DNA from: a virus
Lineage: Duplodnaviria; Heunggongvirae; Uroviricota; Caudoviricetes
DNA: 17,603 nucleotides
Reading direction: 5' to 3' (one strand)
IMG/VR virus record: IMGVR_UViG_2703718840_000011
The notes under the pieces were generated by a model. That model saw only the letters and a program-made list of their open reading frames with translations, made no database searches and had not been told where the DNA came from. A program made the translations under genes and the position numbers. Shown here in pieces: positions 1 through 6,864 of this stretch (position 1 is the first letter of the stretch; each line of letters begins with the position of its first letter).

Positions 1-207
1 ATGCCAAACGGCGCTGTGGACGCGTTAAAGGAAGAATTAACTCGACGCATCAGTAAGCGTTATGACGATGTAGAGGTGATCGTAAAAGCCACCAGCAACG
101 ATGGCCTTTCTGTTACACGCACTGCCGATAAAGATTCAGCTAAAACTTTTGTTCAGGAGACTCTGAAAGATACCTGGGAATCTGCTGACGAGTGGTTTGT
201 TCTCTAA
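1..207 (+). CDS. DinI-family (damage-inducible protein I-like) protein; probably 5'-truncated by the window edge
   Basis: 68-aa ORF ending ...[18 protein letters not shown], matching the conserved C-terminal ETWESADxWF signature of DinI-like proteins. Full-length DinI proteins are about 80 aa, so roughly 12 N-terminal residues appear to be missing. Family call is by motif recognition, not a search. Confidence 0.6.
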   Translation: MPNGAVDALKEELTRRISKRYDDVEVIVKATSNDGLSVTRTADKDSAKTFVQETLKDTWESADEWFVL

Positions 208-273
208 TTAACACGTAAAATCGGTAACGGCTTGAAATCATTAAATACTCGCCCTATCGAAAGCTCACCAGCC

Positions 274-309
274 AGCCGCAACACGTTCTTACATATGACG
301 TGTCTGCGG
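274..309. repeat. 36-bp imperfect palindrome, copy 1 (AGCCGCAACACGTTCTTACATATGACGTGTCTGCGG)
   Basis: Seen directly: internal inverted arms CCGCAACACGT / ACGTGTCTGCGG. About 83 percent identical (30/36) to a second copy at 2741-2776 in the same orientation. Confidence 0.5.
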
Positions 310-323
310 TTTCAACTCCACCA

Positions 324-357
324 GCCCACCAATCATGATTGGGCTTTTTCGTTTTTC
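324..357 (+). terminator. Putative rho-independent terminator downstream of the DinI-like gene
   Basis: Short GC-containing hairpin (GCCCA ... TGGGC around the palindrome CCAATCATGATTGG) followed by CTTTTTCGTTTTTCTTC on the + strand. Confidence 0.4.
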
Positions 358-486
358 TTCACCTGCAAGCAAACCGTTGTATCATGGCGGAATGAAGATG
401 AGCTAGGAATAATCTTATGAATCAGCTCAATATTCATATAAAAACATTTCGAACTTTGGTGTACAAAACTACATAGGGATAACTTT

Positions 487-1689
487 ATGTCTCTTCGTTT
501 CAGACAAACCTTTACTTTATTTCCTGGCGTTCGACTCAACATTGGCAAGCGTGGAATAAGTGCAAGCATTGGTATGCCTGGCGCAACTGTCAATGTTGGT
601 AAAAAAGGGGTTAGAGCAACTGTCGGATTACCGGGCACAGGCTTATCTTATACTACACCTACCTTGCCCTATGATGATGGATACTCAGTTACCAATCCAT
701 TAAATCCAGCCCCTACAGAACCTCATTTGGGGTCTGGGTCATCTCCAGAAAACACACCATCGAACGCTAAAATATATATGCCTGTAGCTGGCATGAATGA
801 AATATCCAGCGCTTCGGTAGAAGTCCTTACAAGTACCTCCCTTTTACCTTTACGAGATTTGATTGCTAAAGCACGAGAACAAAGAGCAGAGATAAAAGCA
901 GATCTTCAAGAGGCTCTTGCCGAAGAATCAAAACAAAAAAGCGAGCTGGCTCGACGCAAATCAAGTCTATTCCGTTGGTTTTACAAACGACGCATCGCAG
1001 AACTTGAGACACTACTCCCCCTAACCCAAGCTGAGATATCTCGCCTAGTTTCATGGGAAGACAGCACAAAAATAGCCATAACATTCGAGAGCAGTGATGC
1101 TTCACAGCGCGCATATGCAGCGATGGTCCATGCATTTGATATGTTAAAATCGAGTGTCAAAAAATGGGATATTACTGCAGATAAAGCTACAGACCAGTTT
1201 GCTGAAAGAACATTAGCAACCCGGTCTGTTAATCGTCACCCAGTTACCTTTGATTTTAGTTCAACGGATCTCATTCAATTTACAGGGCGTGCGATGAGGT
1301 TTGAAAATGCAAATGGAGACGATATTTTGCTTTATCCTGGAGTTGCAGTCATACCACGAGCCGATGGAGCATTCGCTCTGATTGATTTACGCGAATTACA
1401 AATTAGTTCAGAATATCTAAGATTCCATGAGGAAGAAGGTGTTCCCAGTGACTCACGCATAGATGGTTATACATGGGCGAAAACGAATAAGAATGGCTCA
1501 CCAGACCGTCGTTTTAAAGACAACTACCAAATCCCTATTTGCATTTATGGAAATATTACTTTCCATTCTCAAACAGGGGTAACTGAAGAATATATGGTAT
1601 CAAATGCAGATGCCGCGCACGCCTTTGCTGAGGCAGTAAAACGCTATCAGATTTCACTCACAGAAACAGAAGCGTTGGTACAAGCCTAA
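487..1689 (+). CDS. Hypothetical protein with N-terminal DUF4236-like glycine-rich motif (400 aa)
   Basis: Long ORF with AGGGA about 8 nt upstream of the ATG. N-terminus FRQTFTLFPGVRLNIGKRGISASIGMPGATVNVGKKGVRATVGLPGTGLSY fits the pattern I associate with DUF4236; the remaining ~340 aa have no domain I recognise. AT-rich relative to neighbouring phage genes. Confidence 0.7.
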   Translation: MSLRFRQTFTLFPGVRLNIGKRGISASIGMPGATVNVGKKGVRATVGLPGTGLSYTTPTLPYDDGYSVTNPLNPAPTEPHLGSGSSPENTPSNAKIYMPVAGMNEISSASVEVLTSTSLLPLRDLIAKAREQRAEIKADLQEALAEESKQKSELARRKSSLFRWFYKRRIAELETLLPLTQAEISRLVSWEDSTKIAITFESSDASQRAYAAMVHAFDMLKSSVKKWDITADKATDQFAERTLATRSVNRHPVTFDFSSTDLIQFTGRAMRFENANGDDILLYPGVAVIPRADGAFALIDLRELQISSEYLRFHEEEGVPSDSRIDGYTWAKTNKNGSPDRRFKDNYQIPICIYGNITFHSQTGVTEEYMVSNADAAHAFAEAVKRYQISLTETEALVQA

Positions 1690-1885
1690 TTTATCGCCGA
1701 TATGGGGACGAATCGTAGGTTAAAACCCCTCGAACAAAAAAACCTTAAGAACCAGACTATTATGGCTGGTTCTTATACGGAGGATTTGTTATTGTACAAC
1801 TCTTCTATCTGGTATATTTACGGATAGAACTGTTCGGGCTACTCAATCCTTTTTAAGTACAAATGAACAGATAGAAATAGTTATA

Positions 1886-2688
1886 TTGCAAGGAGCTATC
1901 ATGCACACTGAGTATATATGGCGATATCTTGACATAGAGAAGTTCTCTATGTTACTCGAACAAAATGCTTTATTTTTTTGCTCAGCAAAAAATTTTGAAG
2001 ATCCGTTCGAAGGTGAATTTGCTTGGGGACATACTGGCTATAAAAAATTCATTGAGACACAGGAAAAACTATGCGCTACTCATGGTGCCGGCATGGACTT
2101 AGAGCCTTTCATGGCATTCAATTTAAAGACACTTAAGGAAATAAGCGAGAGGACATATATAAGTTGCTGGCATTGTAACGAACATGAATCTGAAGCTATG
2201 TGGAAGCTGTATTGTAAAAACCCCGCTAAAGGCGTTGTCATAAAATCAAAGAAAAAAACCTCCAAAGCCAACTTGAAAATAATAATCTAAACAAACTACA
2301 ATTAAAACACGTAAAATACATCAAAAATTTCTGGATAAAACAATACAATCCAGAATCAGATGTATTCTTTAACAAGAGACCATCTTTCGAACACGAAAAA
2401 GAGTTTAGAGCTATTTTTCAAGAGAATACCTTTAACACTCCACCTGTAAAGGGAAAATTAGTCCCTGTATCTCTTAATAATCTGTTGGAAGAAATAAGGA
2501 TTTCACCTTTCGCAGATAAGGATTTCAAAAATGAAGTTTTACAAATTTCAAAAAAATATGGACTAGATCTAAAAGTCAAAAACTCTGAAATTGAAATGCA
2601 TCCCATCATGCATGTTGAGGAAGAAATAATTGCAGAAGGCCCCAATTGGTATCAGTCAAAAATCAGGTTGGCAATACGTGATGCTTAA
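1886..2688 (+). pseudogene. DUF2971-like protein gene interrupted by a -1 frame change in an A7 run (track ORFs 1886-2290 and 2485-2688 are the two halves)
   Basis: N-terminal half carries the DUF2971-like signature (RYLDIEKF...LFFCSAKNFEDPFEGE). Frame 1 is open from about 2230 to 2688 and continues the protein sensibly. Adding one A to the A7 run at about 2252-2258 would fuse both halves into one ~267-aa ORF, a typical DUF2971 length. Confidence 0.6.
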
Positions 2689-2740
2689 TCTTATATTGAA
2701 TTTTTTTATGTCTCCTGCTGAAACTAGCTAAAATTTACCA

Positions 2741-2776
2741 AGCCGCAGCACGTTATTGCATACAACGTGTATGCGG
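2741..2776. repeat. 36-bp imperfect palindrome, copy 2 (AGCCGCAGCACGTTATTGCATACAACGTGTATGCGG)
   Basis: Seen directly: 30/36 identity with the copy at 274-309, same orientation. Lies between the stop of the DUF2971-like gene and the stop of tfa (convergent), so it may also act as a hairpin terminator for the minus-strand tail operon. Confidence 0.5.
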
Positions 2777-2791
2777 CGTATCTCAAAACGA

Positions 2792-3376
2792 TTACTCCAT
2801 AACAGGGACAGCAGGCCACTCAATATCCGGTGCTACTGATGTATCAACACGGTTCAGCAACACCCGATACTTTTTCCAGGCTTCCAGCAATGAGGTTTCT
2901 TCCTCCGTTGCAATTTCCAGATCTGCAGCATCCTGAAGCGGCGCAATATGCTCACTGGCTACCTGCATCAGGTTGTTTTTTGTTTCTTCCGCCTCCCGGA
3001 TCCGGAACAGTTTTTCTGCTTCCGTATCCTTCACCCAGGCTGTGCCGTTCCACTTCTGAAACTCCCCTTCCGGCGATAACCAGGTAACATTTTCCGGTAA
3101 CGGACCGAGTTCAGAAATAAATAACTCGTCCCCTGACGCTACGTCATAAACCGTTTTACCCCGATGGTCTTCAACGAGATGCCACGATGCCTCATCACTG
3201 TTGAAAACAGCCACAAAGCCAGCAGGAATATCTGGTGGTGCAATATCGGTACTGTTTGCTGGCAGACCTGTATGAGGCGGAATATATGCGTCACCTTCAC
3301 CAATAAATTCATTAGTTCCGGCCAGCAGATTATAAATTTTTATGGTCCGTGCTTGTTCACTCATTCTGAATGCCAT
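2792..3376 (-). CDS. tfa: Tail fiber assembly protein (Tfa family, lambdoid type)
   Basis: 194-aa [57 protein letters not shown]... closely matches Tfa proteins of E. coli lambdoid prophages as I recall them. Start overlaps the stop of the upstream stf-type ORF (TAATG). Confidence 0.85.
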   Translation of the reverse strand: MAFRMSEQARTIKIYNLLAGTNEFIGEGDAYIPPHTGLPANSTDIAPPDIPAGFVAVFNSDEASWHLVEDHRGKTVYDVASGDELFISELGPLPENVTWLSPEGEFQKWNGTAWVKDTEAEKLFRIREAEETKNNLMQVASEHIAPLQDAADLEIATEEETSLLEAWKKYRVLLNRVDTSVAPDIEWPAVPVME

Positions 3377-4455
3377 TATGCAAGCCTCACAATATAGTTA
3401 AATGCGATGTTTTTGACGGTGTTTTCCGCGTTACCCGCAGCGTTAACGGTGATGGTGTGTCCATGTGAACCAATCGCAACGGAGTGCGTATGCGCACCAA
3501 TACCTACAGTATGTGCATGTGCGCCAGAACTTGCTGCAGTACCAGACAGCGAGTGGGTATGAGCACCTGCTGACTGTGTCTGAATACGTTGATAATACGA
3601 TCTATAGGAAGAAGTCTCCGGGCTTACTTGATACTGTGAATTCTGGACATAAGTGAACCCACCGCCATCATAAAATGCTAACGCAGAACCGCCGCCTCCT
3701 GGCCAACGAATACCATTACCATGAGTATGAACACCGGCAGACCCCGTAGAGCCACTCAGACTGTGCGTATGCGCCCCGGTGTTATTCGTGGATTTAGTGC
3801 CGTAATCAAACGACGATGTGGTTTTCGTCCCTAAATCCGTACTGGATGCGCTGGCGCTGTGGGTGTGCGATTTAATGCCGTCCTGTTCCTGAGACAATAC
3901 GGCCCGGCCACTGGCGGGTTTGCCCTTGATTGTCCAGCCGCGCATATCTGGAATAACACCTGAAGGATAGGCAATAGCCAGTTTCGGATATGCTGCCTTA
4001 TCAAACGTCTGCCCCTGCATGATTGCATAACCTGCAGGTGGTGTATCTGATGGCCACGGCAGCGGAACACCTGGCGGAAACGCTTCAATATTTGCCGAGC
4101 CGTCAAATTTTACGCCGTTAATTGTCCTTGCAGTTTGCAATTTGGTTGCTGTGCTTGCATTACCCGATAAAGATCCAGTGATACCACCACTCGCGTTTAA
4201 TTTAGTTGCAATTGTAACATTGCCAGTATGGTTACTAATTATAAACGGCCTTAAGCTATTGTGCGTACCAAGACTGTTAAACTCATAACGGTATTTCACG
4301 TTAATCCCGTTCAGATCATCACTACCGGGAACGTTCGTCGAGGCATGGAGATACCCCGCGCTCAGCGTGGACTGATGTTCTGCTGCACTCGCTGGCGTAG
4401 CAGCGGCGACCTGCCAGACTACTGCGGACAAAATAACAGCACATAATTTACGCAT
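3376..4455 (-). CDS. Chimeric ORF: Lom-type signal peptide and N-terminus (~60 aa) fused in frame to the C-terminal part of a side tail fiber (Stf-type) protein
   Basis: N-terminus [59 protein letters not shown] is lambda Lom-like (signal peptide plus first beta strands). The rest is tail-fiber-like ([13 protein letters not shown], repeated HxH motifs, C-terminal [11 protein letters not shown]). Junction near 4270-4285. GAGG RBS upstream of the ATG. Confidence 0.7.
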   Translation of the reverse strand: MRKLCAVILSAVVWQVAAATPASAAEHQSTLSAGYLHASTNVPGSDDLNGINVKYRYEFNSLGTHNSLRPFIISNHTGNVTIATKLNASGGITGSLSGNASTATKLQTARTINGVKFDGSANIEAFPPGVPLPWPSDTPPAGYAIMQGQTFDKAAYPKLAIAYPSGVIPDMRGWTIKGKPASGRAVLSQEQDGIKSHTHSASASSTDLGTKTTSSFDYGTKSTNNTGAHTHSLSGSTGSAGVHTHGNGIRWPGGGGSALAFYDGGGFTYVQNSQYQVSPETSSYRSYYQRIQTQSAGAHTHSLSGTAASSGAHAHTVGIGAHTHSVAIGSHGHTITVNAAGNAENTVKNIAFNYIVRLA

Positions 4456-4477
4456 AATTACCTCTCGCTTTTCTGCA

Positions 4478-4504
4478 ATAAAAAAGGCGCCATTTCTGGC
4501 GCCC
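4478..4504 (-). terminator. Rho-independent terminator between J remnant and lom' (tJ-like)
   Basis: On the minus strand: GGCGCC-AGAAAT-GGCGCC hairpin followed by TTTTTTATTGC, located between the J' stop and the lom' RBS. Confidence 0.55.
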
Positions 4505-4522
4505 GTATCTGGGTTATAAAAT

Positions 4523-5660
4523 TCAGCTAATCGTGATGCCTGCAGTGGCTTTCTTCATCACCACAACCAGCAAATCGCTGATACTTGCTGTGGGATACCA
4601 GTTATTTACCAGCCATGCTGACACCGAAAACTCCAGTGTCATGTGACCGTGACCGGCAGGCATATCAATAACACCACTGTAAATCAGCGTATTATCCAGC
4701 GCGGTACGGTTATAAATTTCAGCACCGTTTTTCCGTACTATCAGGCGGCATAACGAATAAATATCGTTATTCTCCCGCTCATGTTTAGCGCCGCTGAATG
4801 CCACCGCCGGAATAACAATCTGCCGGTCAAACGGCTGATCGTCATAAACCCTGACGGTGATGGTCCCTGATGGCCACCGTTCCGGTGCACGGGAGTCCCG
4901 GGGGAAAGCTTTGCCCACTGTTTTAACGAGATCGCCTTCAATCTGGTTGGCGGACAATTTTCCCAGAACCCGACAGTTCTCGTTAATCGTGACGTTGTTG
5001 AGCGTCCCGGAGTTCGCATTCACGTTACCGCTGATATCGGCATTTTTCGCCGTCAGCCGCCCGTCCGGTGTCAGGGAAAATGCCGGAGGATTACCGCCGC
5101 TGGTAATGGTCGGAGCCGTCAGGCGTTTCAGGAACACGTCGTTCATGAATATCTGATCGCCCTGACCAACAAACATCGGCTTTGTGTTGCCATTCGCAGG
5201 ATTAATCATCGCAATCCGGTCAGCAGCCAGAAGCACCTGACTCTGCATACCTGCTGGCGTATTCTCAATACCGGCTCCGATACCCGCAATATAAAGGCGT
5301 CCGTCCTTCATCTGCTGCAGTTTCACGGCCCACATGCTGTTCAGGTTATTATTTGTATCAACCTGAACTTTCTGTATCTGCTGGATTGCCGCACTCTGGT
5401 CTTCCAGTTTTTTATTGACGGTCTGCGTGATTTCATTGCTGACATTCGTAATGGACGTCCTGATTTCAGCCAGGTCCGGCGCAAGCTGACCGTTATCAAT
5501 CTGCGTCCACAACTCCTGGGCCAGATGTGTTTTCCCGATTTCTCCTTTGAAAAAATCCAGGTAACCTTCCGCATCATCGCTCGCCCGACCGACAGCCTCC
5601 ACGAATGCCGATTTGCCAACGGTGTTCACACTGCGAACGTAAAAATAATAATCATGGCCC
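4523..5660 (-). pseudogene. C-terminal ~380-aa fragment of J-type host specificity (central tail fiber) protein; N-terminal two-thirds deleted
   Basis: Translation from ...[39 protein letters not shown]... through [30 protein letters not shown] to the C-terminus matches the C-terminal region of lambda J as I recall it. The first ~34 codons of the track ORF (starting at 5758) are out-of-frame read-through of rusA sequence. Full J proteins are about 1100 aa. Confidence 0.7.
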
Positions 5661-5891
5661 GGTTTGATATTGATACTGGCGGCTATCCGGAGGAAACAAC
5701 ACGATCTCCACTGAAGCAGGTGCCGACGTTGGTTTCGGCAGGCGACGTAACTGCTCAACTATTGCTGCGCACGCCGCGCTCTGGAATTTGCGCCCCGCTG
5801 CGCTTATCAGACTCTTACCAGCAAACGCCCCTTTGTTGGGGTGTCGCCAGTACGTGTTCACGCTGGGCGGAAAAGGCAGGATCAGCTTCAT
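5652..5891 (-). pseudogene. rusA: RusA-family Holliday junction resolvase, N-terminal fragment (truncated at the deletion junction with J)
   Basis: MKLILPFPPSVNTYWRH... matches the RusA N-terminal LPxPPSxN motif. The ORF ends after 79 aa with non-homologous residues (YQYQTGP), whereas RusA is about 120 aa. GAGAGGGG RBS and ATGA overlap with the upstream gene are intact. Confidence 0.55.
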
Positions 5892-6214
5892 ACTTTCAGG
5901 CCCCTCTCATGTAACCAGTGGGCTGCACGCAGCCTGGCGTTTTCCTCACCGGCAAGCAGTGCGCGGATAATCCCGACCGCCTCGCTGTCGTCGTCCTTCA
6001 CAGCGGTATGAAGCGTTATCCCCCGTGCCACGCCACGCTTTATCGTGATGACGCCTTTTTTCTCCAGTGCGCGAAGATGCTCCACCGCTGCATTCACCGA
6101 ACGGTATCCCAGCATGGTTGCCACCTCCTGATTGGTTGGCGGAAAGCCACGCTCTTTCTGGTAAGAAATCAGCATATCCAGCACCTGCTGCTGGCATTGA
6201 GTTAACGTCGTCAT
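5888..6214 (-). CDS. Small winged-helix DNA-binding protein resembling the LexA N-terminal DNA-binding domain (no S24 peptidase domain)
   Basis: 108 aa; QQQVLDMLISYQKERGFPPTNQEVATMLGYRSVNAAVEHLRALEKKGVITIKRGVARGITL parallels the LexA DNA-binding domain (QQEVFDLI...[36 protein letters not shown]). ATGA overlaps at both ends and a GGAG RBS. Confidence 0.55.
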   Translation of the reverse strand: MTTLTQCQQQVLDMLISYQKERGFPPTNQEVATMLGYRSVNAAVEHLRALEKKGVITIKRGVARGITLHTAVKDDDSEAVGIIRALLAGEENARLRAAHWLHERGLKV

Positions 6215-6864
6215 GCCGCCATCTCCCTGACCAGTTTTTCCGCCTGCTGGCGAACCTGCACCAGAAAGGCTTCACCACATGCCTCAAGTTCATCGCGCCC
6301 GATGTAGCTGATTGCCGGTCCCTTCCAGGTCTTGTCGAAAACAGCAATAGCACCAGCGAAGAAAGCGCCTGTCGGCACCTGCTTCTCATCCTTCGGGATA
6401 AACCAGGCAGGCAGTTCAAAACCAATACGCCCGCGAATAAAAGCAATATGGTCCGCATCTTCCGGCCACCACACTTCGCTGGTGGCAGCTTTGATCAGGA
6501 AAACATAGCGCCCGCCCTTATCACGCATGGCACTGGCATGTTTCATGATGTAACGCATGCCGGTGATGTATTGTCCCTCATGCTGACTGGCGCGGCTGTA
6601 TGGGGGATTACCAAAGGCAGCACCTTTAAGCTCCGCAAGACGTTCTGACCAGTCATGCGCCAGCGCGTTATCTTCCGCCGTGTAATACGCGGCACATTTG
6701 GCGTTATCACCGTCAGTAAACAGATCCAGAACAAACGGGCCAAACAGGGTGTTAATTCCCCAGAAAATGTTGTCCGGCGTGCGCCACTGATCGCCCACTT
6801 CCTTCAGTTCATGGGCTGGTTTGTTCCGCAGTTCCACCAGCGCCTGGCAATATTTATTACTCAT
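6211..6864 (-). CDS. Phage-type DNA N6-adenine methyltransferase (Dam family)
   Basis: MSNKYCQALVELRNKPAHELKEVGDQWRTPDNIFWGINTLFGPFVLDLFTDGDNAKCAAYYTAEDNALAHDW... with catalytic NPPY motif (GNPPYS). I place the start at the internal ATG (6864, residue 12 of the track ORF), which overlaps the O-like stop by 1 nt and is preceded by a GGGGG RBS. Confidence 0.8.
   Translation of the reverse strand: MSNKYCQALVELRNKPAHELKEVGDQWRTPDNIFWGINTLFGPFVLDLFTDGDNAKCAAYYTAEDNALAHDWSERLAELKGAAFGNPPYSRASQHEGQYITGMRYIMKHASAMRDKGGRYVFLIKAATSEVWWPEDADHIAFIRGRIGFELPAWFIPKDEKQVPTGAFFAGAIAVFDKTWKGPAISYIGRDELEACGEAFLVQVRQQAEKLVREMAA

Noticed and set aside
232-638. Track ORFs 232-420 (+) and 333-638 (-) in the dinI-cassette intergenic region
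   Set aside because: They span the palindromic repeat and terminator region, have no RBS and odd composition, and overlap the start of the 400-aa gene. More likely non-coding.
866-2645. Antisense ORFs 866-1135 (-), 2080-2271 (-), 2418-2645 (-) inside the cassette genes
   Set aside because: Fully embedded antisense to longer ORFs that have recognisable motifs; typical shadow ORFs.
274-2776. Invertible DNA segment with hix/gix-like crossover sites near the tail fibre genes
   Set aside because: The two 36-bp elements are in direct, not inverted, orientation, and no Pin/Gin-type serine invertase is encoded in the window.
2830-4446. Plus-strand ORFs 2830-3087, 3164-3397, 3465-3656, 4261-4446 and minus ORF 3831-4106 inside tfa and the lom-stf chimera
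   Set aside because: Out-of-frame or antisense to well-supported tail genes; Pro/Arg/Cys-rich artefact translations.
4741-5970. ORFs 4741-5019, 4857-5156, 5341-5619, 5525-5914, 5788-5970 overlapping the J fragment and rusA'
   Set aside because: Alternative frames of recognisable J and RusA coding sequence.
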